Assembly: GCA_025839675.1 (NCBI GenBank)
Contig: CP104013.1
Span: 5,130,001 to 5,162,000, forward strand
Origin: Candidatus Lokiarchaeum ossiferum
Lineage (GTDB): Archaea; Asgardarchaeota; Lokiarchaeia; Sigyniarchaeales; Promethearchaeaceae
DNA length: 32,000 nt
Reading direction: 5' to 3'
Below, piece by piece: positions 1-8,901 of this stretch. The stretch's first letter is position 1. Every line of letters begins with the position of its first letter. The position numbers and the translations under genes are program-made. The notes under the pieces were generated by a model. It had not been told where the DNA came from. It worked only from the letters and a program-made list of their open reading frames with translations, and made no database searches.

Positions 1-122
1 GGATGAATTTTCTTCGCTCATTAGATTATTTAAAAATGCGACCGTATTTATATGCCAGAAAAACCCAACATGAGAAATGAGAAAAAAACATTTCAACATC
101 ATAACAAAATTTGGAGAAGACT

Positions 123-1634
123 TTATTCATTCGATAAATTGGGAACTTCAACAATTTCTTCCAAAGAATCTTCAATTTTACTTATTGTTTTCTTTAAATC
201 GTGACCAAACTCTACTTTTCCCAAGTTAATAGAGGTAAGAATTCGATCTGATCCTCCAATATCCACCAAGTTAATATAACCTTTTTCATAAATGCATAAA
301 CATTTGGTCAAGCCAAACTCCTTATTAAATTTCTTTGTAATCATTTGACATATTGAAATTAGCGATGCACTCATATAAGAAAGATTTTCAAGTTGAGATT
401 GAAGATTTTCTTTCATAGGTCGAAGTTTTAGTGTTTGTTTCTTTCTCTTCTCAGGATCTTCTTCAGACATTATTGCTTGGATTTGTAAAGCTTCTTCAAG
501 ACTTCGACTTCGTGAAATTAATTTTCCAAATTCTTTTCCTCGGGATGAAACATATTTTTCGGGATAATTTTTTAAAGAAATAAAATTGATTTCAGTTTTT
601 AACACACATTTCTCTGATTCAATCGTGAAATAGTAAAGCATCTCTAAATCAGCGCAAGAAATAACAATGCTTTCCGTGGGATTCACTGGAAATAAAATAT
701 GTCGTAATTCTCCTAATTCTTTAATTACAGTAAATTGTTCTGCAAATATCCTTGGGCCTTCAATAGCCAGATTCAAAAAAGCGTCTGTCTGACTTGCATA
801 ATTCATTTCCTGACCTGCTTTAAATCCAAAAAGTCCACTTTTACCTGTAGGTAATTTTAAGAGCTTGAAATAATCACTCAGCCATTTATTTTCCTCAGAT
901 TTAAAATTTGAGAGATATTTTTCAAGTAATTTATAAATTTTTGATAATTCTGCTAAATTAACAAAGAATTTTCGCTCTCTAATTTCAAAAATTCGTGGTT
1001 CGCATAAATTAAAATGATTAAATAAGGGTTCTGGCCTTTTTAAGTTGTTTTTTTTCAAGAATTTTTTAACTAGGGTTAAATTTAGATTGATTGGAGTGTC
1101 TTGCTGATATAGAGTCTCTTGAATAATATCCGATTTTTTTTTATGAGGACGAGCTTTTTGATTTAATACTTCAACTAGCTGATTCCTTCCTTGTTTTGAG
1201 AGATAATCTATGTTTTGAGAAGAATTATCTCCAAAAATTTCCATCCACTCTTGATTATGATCGTTATCGAAAATGGGGACATGCAAATATCGAAAATATG
1301 TTGAAAAATCGAGTTTTGCCGATAGAAAGCGAATTAAATTAATTATTGCCTTTCTTCCTGGCTCTGAACGATAGTCAAAAATTCCAAAACTTTGGGGTAC
1401 ATGAAGAGCATTGCTATCCAATAAGTCTTGAATCAATTGTTGATATTCAATACCTTTTGGAGTTAATTTAAGTGAATCCCAATGAGAGTCGAAAGTTAAA
1501 AATCTCCAGCGTTTTAGTTCAGAAAGTGCACTAACTAAATCTCCATTCTTCGTTTTGGGTTTTAAATCGGGAAAAATTAACCGGTAATACCTAGGGCTGG
1601 AGTAAACAACAAATTCATTAACAGTTAGTGGCAT
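123..1634 (-). CDS. hypothetical protein (503 aa), function unknown
   Basis: This is an uninterrupted 503-codon ORF with an ATG start (cat at 1632-1634) in very AT-rich DNA, where random ORFs are short. It runs in the same direction as the 918-aa gene 101 nt upstream. I recognise no catalytic motif. The N-terminal stretch (LSELKRWRFLTF...LTPKGIEYQQLIQDLL) looks winged-helix-like. Confidence 0.6.
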   Translation of the reverse strand: MPLTVNEFVVYSSPRYYRLIFPDLKPKTKNGDLVSALSELKRWRFLTFDSHWDSLKLTPKGIEYQQLIQDLLDSNALHVPQSFGIFDYRSEPGRKAIINLIRFLSAKLDFSTYFRYLHVPIFDNDHNQEWMEIFGDNSSQNIDYLSKQGRNQLVEVLNQKARPHKKKSDIIQETLYQQDTPINLNLTLVKKFLKKNNLKRPEPLFNHFNLCEPRIFEIRERKFFVNLAELSKIYKLLEKYLSNFKSEENKWLSDYFKLLKLPTGKSGLFGFKAGQEMNYASQTDAFLNLAIEGPRIFAEQFTVIKELGELRHILFPVNPTESIVISCADLEMLYYFTIESEKCVLKTEINFISLKNYPEKYVSSRGKEFGKLISRSRSLEEALQIQAIMSEEDPEKRKKQTLKLRPMKENLQSQLENLSYMSASLISICQMITKKFNKEFGLTKCLCIYEKGYINLVDIGGSDRILTSINLGKVEFGHDLKKTISKIEDSLEEIVEVPNLSNE

Positions 1635-1719
1635 AAATCGTCACTTAAGAGCAATTAAGGATTAAAATTAAGGCTTCTTTTTTTGAAATGGATTTGGTAT
1701 AATCGGGAAAAATAATGTG

Positions 1720-1728
1720 AAAAAAAAA
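1720..1728 (-). terminator. oligo-T tract (T9) after the stop of the 918-aa gene
   Basis: A9 on the plus strand at 1720-1728 equals T9 on the minus strand, 8 nt downstream of the TGA at 1736-1738. Confidence 0.3.
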
Positions 1729-1735
1729 TATTAGA

Positions 1736-4492
1736 TCAATCGATAAATCCGATATATTCTAAGATTCCATTCAATGCTGTTTTAGAATCTGGATCTTCAG
1801 GATTATTTTTCAATTTTTTCTTCAAGAAGACGATTTGTCCTGCTTTTTGTTCAATTTCAATAATTAACGTTTTCCAATTTTCAAAATCATTAATTATGTT
1901 AGCAACAACTTCATCTTCCTCAAAACTAATTCTTTTAGATTTATTTTCCTCGTGTCGTCTCTGTTTTGAACCCTTCTGGTTTCTTCTTGGCCTTTGACTG
2001 GAAATGTGGCGGTTGAGTCGATGATTTGCATTGTTTATCAACCGTTTTATGAAAGTTTGATTGTTCAAGATTTTGCGTATATTTTCTTCCAAAATTTGTT
2101 CATATTCATCAATCGCTGCCGGATTCAGATCTTTTCCCATGAAAATTTCCCGTAAGATGTTGTAAGTACGATCTAGGTCGTTATTTAACGGAGTAACTTC
2201 CTTTTTAAACCGATCTCGTTCAGCAATTAAATTTGCTTCTCCTGCTACTTCAGTAGATTGAAAAATTTGCATTTCTGAATCATATACTCCTTTTAATGCT
2301 CCTTTCTCAAGCAAAGTTGATAAAATTTTCTCAAAGAGAAGGATATCATCCTCTGATGGAGTAATTTCTTCGATGAAAGACTGCATATCTATATAAGTTT
2401 TAGATTCTAGCATTCGATTTTGGATCCCTTTCTCTGTTAAAAAGATTTTATCTTCCTTAATCCAGACACCATCGATATTTTTGTCTTCAATTAACTTTTT
2501 AATACTACTTAAAATTATTTTATCTGCACATCTTAGGCGAGATGCGATTTTTTCAATGGATAATTGAGATTTTATCTTTGAATCTCTAAGGATAATGTTT
2601 AATATGTTATTTTCTTCTTCTTGAATTTTTTTTGGTGAGAAAATGATTTTATTATTCACAATTAAATACGGTTTTTCAAAATCATTCACAAAAGCAATAA
2701 ATTCCTTATAATCCATCTGAAGATCTCGAATTACTGGTTTAATCTCAAATTCTTCTTTATTTTGTAATACTTCTTTTAATTTATGTAGTTTTTCATCTAC
2801 TTTGCGAGCAATCTCTTCTTTTTCAATTTGCAATTCTTCTGCTAAACTTTCAATCAATATATTTCGTTTTTCAGCAATGGGTTCCATCTGAATTTTATTG
2901 ATTCTCTTCTTAATTGCTTTAGCATAGAAGAATTGGGATTGATCTTTATTCCAGAATCCATTTTTATGTTCGAATTGTTCTTTCGTAAATCTTAGAAGAA
3001 TTACTTCTGGAATTTTCATTTCTTTCGATCGTTCAATAAGATTAAACTCTCCAATTTGTTCGCAAGTGTGGAGAACTTGTTGGATTCGAGTTTTCCCCAA
3101 ATTTGTTAGCCAAATATGATCACTTTGATAAGGTGTGAAGAAATTTTTTCGACAGTAATCTTCTAAAAGGTAAAAACTCTCTTGACCATACTTTTTCCGA
3201 TAGATTTTTAGATCTACTACATTATCTTTGGAAGCAATGCTCTCAATTTCTTTAGTTATTGCATTAAATGTGAAGTATTGGTCTTTATTTGAATTAAAAA
3301 CCCCTTTAAAGGATGTTTGAGTTGCCAAACTTTCAATTATTTTATGAAAAACATTTTTATCTAAATAAGATTCAAATTGAGAATAATTTAATACTCCCCG
3401 TCTTCGTAAATGCTGTGAAAGATCATTTTTCAAGTAATTCCAGCTATAAAAATATTTTTTGCTTAGCACTCCTTCGATAATATGTTTTGCCAATAGATCT
3501 CTTAAGAGAACTGCTACAATACTGCTATGGGAGATTCCGACATGCTTAAATGTTGCAATTATTTCTTCGATTTTTAATTTTTCTTGAGCTAAAAAGGATT
3601 GAAGTTCTTGTTTTTCAAATTCTAGCATTTTTTTATGATTTTTTTCAGTGTACAGAAAATAGTAAATTTTATTTTCATCAATATTCCCCGTTAAATAATC
3701 TTCAACCTTTTCCACATTCAACCTTTCTGCATCCGCGAGTTCATTTAAATCTGTCAATCGAATGAGAGGAATACGTTCTTTTATTATTTTCTCGATCTCT
3801 TTTTTATTAAATTTCTTTTTCGAACGGTTTTTCAGTTTTGGAATTTCTAATTCGAGTAATTTTAGGATGGTATCACTTCGTTCAGGGGATTTAGAATCGT
3901 GATAAGCTTGAATCAACGTAGATACGTAAGAACATAAGATTGATAAAGACATTTTTGGCTGTAAACGCAAGAGAATTTTCTCAATTGCATTGATCACTTC
4001 TATGTGGGTTTCCGTGGAAAGCACTTTTAAGAATAAATCCAATTCCAATAACAATTGGTTATCCATGGTTTCTGGAAATTGTTCTAAGAAAAAACTAATA
4101 TTTTGCCTGATTTCTCCTTCTGGATCTTCCAATAAGTGCAGAAATGATGCAATTTCCCCAAGATCAATATCCAAATTGTCAGTAATTCTATGTAAAAAAT
4201 ATGATCCCACAATGATTATTGAGTTTAAACGTTCTTTTATAGAAGTATGCTGTAGAAAAGGGAAGATTGCCTTAATGGAAGATGGGTTGAAATCCTCTGG
4301 CCTTTCTTCTGCAAGTATGCTCAAAATAAAAAGAAGTATATTTGCTTCTGAAGTATTAATTTCTAATAGAGCGATGATATCTAAAAGATATTTTGGAAAT
4401 TTCTTAAAATTGCCTCGTTCATAATCTTTATTTATATTTTTCACTAATTTTGTGAGTTTTTTGTCCGTTGTGCTAGGAATCTCGATTAACAT
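1736..4492 (-). CDS. large hypothetical protein (918 aa): N-terminal HEAT/ARM-like helical region, tandem winged-helix-like repeat array, basic C-terminal region
   Basis: The ORF has 918 codons and an ATG start at 4490-4492. Residues ~40-210 are amphipathic helical repeats (e.g. LLEDPEGEIRQNISFFLEQFPE). Residues ~240-748 hold about nine repeats ending in the pattern hydrophobic-x-G-V/I-x(4-8)-[YFI]-F, for example EGVLSKKYFYS, KGVFNSNKDQYFTF, NGFWNKDQSQFFYA, DGVWIKEDKIFLT and KGVYDSEMQIFQS. The C-terminus contains an Arg/Lys-rich patch (SSQRPRRNQKGSKQRRHEENKSKR). Confidence 0.7.
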   Translation of the reverse strand: MLIEIPSTTDKKLTKLVKNINKDYERGNFKKFPKYLLDIIALLEINTSEANILLFILSILAEERPEDFNPSSIKAIFPFLQHTSIKERLNSIIIVGSYFLHRITDNLDIDLGEIASFLHLLEDPEGEIRQNISFFLEQFPETMDNQLLLELDLFLKVLSTETHIEVINAIEKILLRLQPKMSLSILCSYVSTLIQAYHDSKSPERSDTILKLLELEIPKLKNRSKKKFNKKEIEKIIKERIPLIRLTDLNELADAERLNVEKVEDYLTGNIDENKIYYFLYTEKNHKKMLEFEKQELQSFLAQEKLKIEEIIATFKHVGISHSSIVAVLLRDLLAKHIIEGVLSKKYFYSWNYLKNDLSQHLRRRGVLNYSQFESYLDKNVFHKIIESLATQTSFKGVFNSNKDQYFTFNAITKEIESIASKDNVVDLKIYRKKYGQESFYLLEDYCRKNFFTPYQSDHIWLTNLGKTRIQQVLHTCEQIGEFNLIERSKEMKIPEVILLRFTKEQFEHKNGFWNKDQSQFFYAKAIKKRINKIQMEPIAEKRNILIESLAEELQIEKEEIARKVDEKLHKLKEVLQNKEEFEIKPVIRDLQMDYKEFIAFVNDFEKPYLIVNNKIIFSPKKIQEEENNILNIILRDSKIKSQLSIEKIASRLRCADKIILSSIKKLIEDKNIDGVWIKEDKIFLTEKGIQNRMLESKTYIDMQSFIEEITPSEDDILLFEKILSTLLEKGALKGVYDSEMQIFQSTEVAGEANLIAERDRFKKEVTPLNNDLDRTYNILREIFMGKDLNPAAIDEYEQILEENIRKILNNQTFIKRLINNANHRLNRHISSQRPRRNQKGSKQRRHEENKSKRISFEEDEVVANIINDFENWKTLIIEIEQKAGQIVFLKKKLKNNPEDPDSKTALNGILEYIGFID

Positions 4493-4579
4493 TGCATTTC
4501 ACTGATAGAACGTTTCTTCTTTCTATCAACTAAAGTGTCAAACCAAAAAAAACTGTTGGTATCATTCCCTTGGCGACCT

Positions 4580-5338
4580 TCAAGAAAATAAATTCGGAAA
4601 AATTTTTGCTAAGTGAGTTGGAATTTCAGTAATATCTGAAAAAATAAAGCTAGGTCTCAATTTTTGGATCTCTTCTGGGTCACCATGGCCTTTTGAACAA
4701 GCAATTGAAGTGACTTTAGCTTTTTGAGCCGCGATAATGTCAGAGATATTATCTCCCACAAAAGCGACTTTTTTTAAATCAAGTGAATCCCATTTGAATT
4801 GATTTTTTAATCGATCCAGTAATCCTAGTATTGGTTTGGGGCTGGGTTTAGTGCCTAACTCTTTTCGATCCTTACGTGTGACCATATTTGTAAAATAGCG
4901 CTCCGCATTTTTTTTGTGTAACCATTTCATTATCCGTTTTTTCCCTGAATTGGTCACAATTCCCAAGATGATCCCTTTTTCAATTAATTGGTTGAATGTA
5001 CTGGCGTAGTTGGGATAGAAATCGCTGTGAATCCATTCGAGCTTTCTGGATAATCTTCCAGTTTGAATGAAAAATAACAAGCGTTTTAACCGTTTAGGAA
5101 GAAGCTCTGTGAAATATGAATGTAACGCTTTTATTAAATCTCGATTTTTAGGTTGTGTGGCCTTTTCGAATAGTCGGATTATGTCCATTGGAGTATAGTG
5201 TTTCAATATTTCTTTATTCCATTGATATTTATCATCTTTCATAGAAATTTCCATTGCCATTAAAGAACCAGTTGAATTTAGAATTACACCATCGAAATCA
5301 AAAAGTATTATTGGTGGATGAGCAGTTTTAGATGACAC
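4580..5338 (-). CDS. HAD-superfamily hydrolase (phosphatase-like), paralog 1
   Basis: HAD motif I is present as ILFDFDGVILNS. Motif II-like is GIVTNS, and the motif III Lys lies in GTKPSPKP. Motif IV is AFVGDNISDIIAAQKA. The start is GTG (cac at 5336-5338), with no in-frame ATG upstream of motif I. Confidence 0.85.
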   Translation of the reverse strand: MSSKTAHPPIILFDFDGVILNSTGSLMAMEISMKDDKYQWNKEILKHYTPMDIIRLFEKATQPKNRDLIKALHSYFTELLPKRLKRLLFFIQTGRLSRKLEWIHSDFYPNYASTFNQLIEKGIILGIVTNSGKKRIMKWLHKKNAERYFTNMVTRKDRKELGTKPSPKPILGLLDRLKNQFKWDSLDLKKVAFVGDNISDIIAAQKAKVTSIACSKGHGDPEEIQKLRPSFIFSDITEIPTHLAKIFPNLFS

Positions 5339-5424
5339 AATATCACTATATCATATAAGGAAGCACCACTAAAAAGGGAATGGATAGAAAAGAAAAAAAA
5401 TACAATTATGGGTGTATTGTTTGA

Positions 5425-6045
5425 TTATTGCTTCTTTTTAGGAGGAGCAATACAACAGCCACAGCAAATGACAATTAATCCGGGAATTAGTAAAATCAGC
5501 GAAATTTTGTTTATCAAGCTTACTAACGGTCGATTAGGGTTTTCATAGATTTTTATTCGGATGGATGCTGAAGATACATTATTGAACGATAAAACCGTGA
5601 AATTATAGACCGGGTCAACATCTGCTGTTCGATCTTGTTCCATTTCGTTCAAATGCATTGTTGAAGAAGTACCGTTGAAATTACTTATAGCTAAATTTCG
5701 TGAAAAAGAAAGTTGTGTACACTCACTATATACAGTAATTCTACCATCCCTAACATCTGAATTTGGGCCTACTGCCTCTAAATAAATTCTAATGTCATAA
5801 TTATTTCCTGCCGTCATATATCCATCCATATCATCAAAGACAAGTGTTGAATTTACTTGAAATGGATAAAATGATTGTTCGGATTCGTATACATTTGATT
5901 TCTCATAGATACTATTAGAGAGAACTAATCCTGCGATAGAAGGGATGCACATGATCAATCCAATTATCAATACACATGTACCTATAGTTCTCCGTAACCC
6001 CGTTATAGGGTTCCCAAATCCACTAAATTTCTTTATGAAACTCAT
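5425..6045 (-). CDS. small membrane protein with N- and C-terminal TM helices and a sequon-rich ectodomain
   Basis: The ORF starts with ATG. There is an N-terminal hydrophobic helix (CVLIIGLIMCIPSIAGLVL) and a C-terminal hydrophobic helix with a Cys cluster and basic tail (LILLIPGLIVICCGCCIAPPKKKQ). The central region carries several N-x-S/T sequons (NST, NGT, NFT, NVS). Confidence 0.6.
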   Translation of the reverse strand: MSFIKKFSGFGNPITGLRRTIGTCVLIIGLIMCIPSIAGLVLSNSIYEKSNVYESEQSFYPFQVNSTLVFDDMDGYMTAGNNYDIRIYLEAVGPNSDVRDGRITVYSECTQLSFSRNLAISNFNGTSSTMHLNEMEQDRTADVDPVYNFTVLSFNNVSSASIRIKIYENPNRPLVSLINKISLILLIPGLIVICCGCCIAPPKKKQ

Positions 6046-6140
6046 AGTAATTATTTTTTCTCTAAAACTTATTAATTTATCGTTAATCGTCTTTTTTCTA
6101 TTAAAAAATCAAATGAAATGTGGTTTTGACTAAAATAGTG

Positions 6141-6893
6141 TTAATCATCCATATTTGGGAAAAGTTGGTTCAAAATGGATGGAATTTCATTTACATCCTT
6201 CAAAAGAAAATCTGGTTTCATGATTGATAATTCTTCAGGATACGCATGGCCGCTTTTCACAGCAATAGATTTTACTCGTGCTCTTTTGGCCGCTAAAATA
6301 TCCGTAATATTATCACCTACAAAAGCTACGCGATTTAAATCTATTCTTCCCCACTTATAATGGCGTTTCATTTTAACTAATAATCCAAATAGTGGTTTCG
6401 GACTTGGTTTTGATCCTAATACTTTTCGATCATCCCGTGATGTATAAAATTGAATTAAATGCGATAGATTGGCAAGTTCTAACCACTTTTTTATCCGATA
6501 TCCGTAAGAATTTGTAGCTGCTCCTAAAATGATTCCTTTTTTGGCCAATTTGTTCAGGGTTTCTCCAATTCCTGGAAAAAAATGACTATATTCCCATTCA
6601 ATTTTATTCACAGTTCGATTATATTTAGCTAGAAAAAGAATGCGACTTATTCGACTTGGAATTAACTCAACTAAATTCTGCATCATTGCTTTTATTGTTG
6701 CATAATTTCGGGCTCGTGCTCCCGATTCTACTAAGCGTAAAACTTCCAATCCCGTGGTGGTACTCGCCACAAGATGATTCCAACGATTTGTACTATCTGT
6801 CAAAGCTTGCATTGCGACCAATAAATGTGCCCGGGAATTTAACAAGACTCCATCTAGATCAAACATAATAATTGGGGGATGTTTCTTCGCCAT
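6141..6893 (-). CDS. HAD-superfamily hydrolase (phosphatase-like), paralog 2
   Basis: The ORF starts with ATG. Motif I is IMFDLDGVLLNS, followed by GAATNS, GSKPSPKP and AFVGDNITDILAAKRA. It is collinear with and clearly similar to the 4580-5338 product along its whole length. Confidence 0.85.
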   Translation of the reverse strand: MAKKHPPIIMFDLDGVLLNSRAHLLVAMQALTDSTNRWNHLVASTTTGLEVLRLVESGARARNYATIKAMMQNLVELIPSRISRILFLAKYNRTVNKIEWEYSHFFPGIGETLNKLAKKGIILGAATNSYGYRIKKWLELANLSHLIQFYTSRDDRKVLGSKPSPKPLFGLLVKMKRHYKWGRIDLNRVAFVGDNITDILAAKRARVKSIAVKSGHAYPEELSIMKPDFLLKDVNEIPSILNQLFPNMDD

Positions 6894-7023
6894 AGCAAAA
6901 TTTTCTCCATGTTATCAAGGAGTCGAATCTTAAAAAATTCAACCAAAAAGTAATAGATATCTAAACAGAAAAAACGTTTATGTGGAGTAGATGCCAGTGA
7001 AAAATATTTTTGATTCCTTAATA

Positions 7024-8220
7024 TTAATTAATGGGTTTTTTGATCTTGGGAATCAGTTCGTTTTCAAATTTATCCACAATTTTATCGGTATGAAATTCAA
7101 GGTCATCTTGCCAATAAGGATCCTTCAATTGTTTTTCTTCAATCCAGACGTTTCGATCACGTAATAATGAAGGCGGTTCTTCTGTGGAATCATCCCACTT
7201 CTCTAATAAATCCTTAACCCATGATTTTGGTAAAGGTTCTGAAATTGTTTGTCCAAGCATTTGAGCTAAAAACATTGTCCACGTGCGTGCAACAACGCCG
7301 ATGTTGTAGCCTCCTCCTCCGACTGCAAATAATTTATCATTGCAATATTTGGGGGTGTTTTCTTGGACAATTTTGAAAATTTTTTCCTGTCCTTCAGTTG
7401 ATAATCCCATATTTGTGATTGGATCAGCAAAGTGAGTGTCTACTCCCGATTGAAGTAAAAGTAAGTCTGGTCTATATGCATCCATAACTTGAGGCACAAT
7501 TTTCTCAAATGCTTGTAAGTATACAGAATCAATAGTTCCAGGAAGCATTGGAAAGTTTAAAGAATATCCCTTTCCCGATTCCTTTCCAGTTTCTTCGACA
7601 TGTCCTGTTCCAGGAAATATTGTTCTACCATCTTGATGGAAAGATAAAGTTAGCACGTTTGGATCATCATAAAAAATCCATTGAACGCCGTCACCATGAT
7701 GTGCATCAATATCTAGATACATTATACGAATGTTGGGGTATTTATTTTGCAAATATTTAATTGATATTGCAATATCATTGAATATACAAAATCCTGAAGC
7801 CATTCCAGGCATGGAATGATGCAAACCTCCAACAATATTAAAGGCTCTTGTTTTTTCATTTTGCATAATATAATCTACCGCTGTTATGGATGCTCCGCTT
7901 ACAGCTAATGCTGCATCATACATACCAGGAAAAATTGGATTATCCCCAGGCCCCAAACCATATTCAGGTAATGCCATATAGGAAGGTTTTTTTAACATAT
8001 TCAATTCCTTCAATTTTTCTACATAATCTTTTTGATGAACTCGCAAAATATCTTCTTCTTTTGCAGGTTTGGGAGTTAAAATCTGAATTTGCGGATGTGA
8101 AAGTAGATTGTAGGCTTTCATTAAAGAATAAGTTAACTCTATTCTAAGAGGGGTGAGTGGATGTCCTTCACCAAAATTGTATTGGTTGAAATTTTCACTA
8201 TAAACAAAACCCGTTTCCAT
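7024..8220 (-). CDS. histone deacetylase-family protein, class I / AcuC-like
   Basis: The hallmark HDAC motifs are present: GEGHPLTPLR, GGLHHSMPGMASGFCIFNDIA, YLDIDAHHGDGVQ, LSFH and GGGGYN. A C-terminal extension of about 70 aa follows the catalytic core. Confidence 0.9.
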   Translation of the reverse strand: METGFVYSENFNQYNFGEGHPLTPLRIELTYSLMKAYNLLSHPQIQILTPKPAKEEDILRVHQKDYVEKLKELNMLKKPSYMALPEYGLGPGDNPIFPGMYDAALAVSGASITAVDYIMQNEKTRAFNIVGGLHHSMPGMASGFCIFNDIAISIKYLQNKYPNIRIMYLDIDAHHGDGVQWIFYDDPNVLTLSFHQDGRTIFPGTGHVEETGKESGKGYSLNFPMLPGTIDSVYLQAFEKIVPQVMDAYRPDLLLLQSGVDTHFADPITNMGLSTEGQEKIFKIVQENTPKYCNDKLFAVGGGGYNIGVVARTWTMFLAQMLGQTISEPLPKSWVKDLLEKWDDSTEEPPSLLRDRNVWIEEKQLKDPYWQDDLEFHTDKIVDKFENELIPKIKKPIN

Positions 8221-8364
8221 AGGTGTAGGTTATTCTTACAAGATAAAATAGTTTCGTTTTGTAAAGAAAAGTCAATAAAATCGTGCAAAAAATTAGCTCC
8301 GTATCGATGGTTTCTCGATAATAATTTATATTAAAATCCAAATATCTTTTATTGAAAGAATTTT

Positions 8365-8790
8365 TTAATCATCATCTTTAAGATACCCACCTAACGACTT
8401 CGCATCTTGTCCTTGCTTTTTGATAGTGATTGAAGATCCAATTCCTAAAACTTGTCGCTCAATTTGTTGGATTTCAGTAACAGAAATCACTCCACGTCGG
8501 ATCATTCCTTGTCGTAAATAACTAATCAAAAGATCGATTTCACTAACTATTTGAGGTGGAAATAGATTTTGGCGGATTAAGTTATAGGTTTGGACACTGT
8601 GAGCTTTTATATTGAGAAGATATTGGAGGGCATTTGGGGCGAGTAAAACTTGCATAACTTGATCAATTTTATCCGCTAATGTGGGGATTTTATGTTCGGA
8701 TTGTTGCTCTGCTTGTTGCTTTTGCTTCAAAATGGCTTGCATTCTTTGCATTCGCAAACGTTTTAATTCATGATCTTCGTCGTTACTCAT
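8365..8790 (-). CDS. PDCD5/TFAR19-like double-stranded-DNA-binding protein
   Basis: At 141 aa the size fits the family. The N-terminal basic helix ELKRLRMQRMQAILKQKQQAEQQ is followed by VMQVLLAPNALQYLLNIKAHSVQTYNLIRQNL...VSEIDLLISYL. This matches the pattern I remember for the archaeal/eukaryotic PDCD5 family. The call is by pattern only. Confidence 0.6.
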   Translation of the reverse strand: MSNDEDHELKRLRMQRMQAILKQKQQAEQQSEHKIPTLADKIDQVMQVLLAPNALQYLLNIKAHSVQTYNLIRQNLFPPQIVSEIDLLISYLRQGMIRRGVISVTEIQQIERQVLGIGSSITIKKQGQDAKSLGGYLKDDD

Positions 8791-8901
8791 AAAAACCTAA
8801 TTAAGTAACTCTAGCAAAATTCATAAATTTTGCCTCATTTACAAAACTCAAAGTATTAATTAGAACAGTGTTTCTTTTTTTTGTATTTTTGAGGTTATAA
8901 C

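Noticed and set aside
1-122. The first 122 nt might hold the end of a truncated gene.
   Set aside because: No frame is open long enough on either strand to support a call, so the stretch is treated as intergenic or 3' UTR.
3550-4424. Plus-strand ORFs of 71 and 144 aa (3550-3765 and 3990-4424) lie antisense to the 918-aa gene.
   Set aside because: Both lie entirely inside a much longer, well-structured ORF on the opposite strand. Their composition is low-complexity (Ser/Leu/Phe/Ile-rich), typical of shadow frames of AT-rich genes, and they have no motifs. The same reasoning applies to the other short antisense ORFs in the track: 5945-6133, 6175-6360, 6656-6868, 7548-7760, 7890-8147, 9123-9371, 12234-12452, 12627-12866, 14288-14512, 20965-21243, 25428-26064, 27205-28143, 29191-29560, 29698-30549 and 31350-31535.
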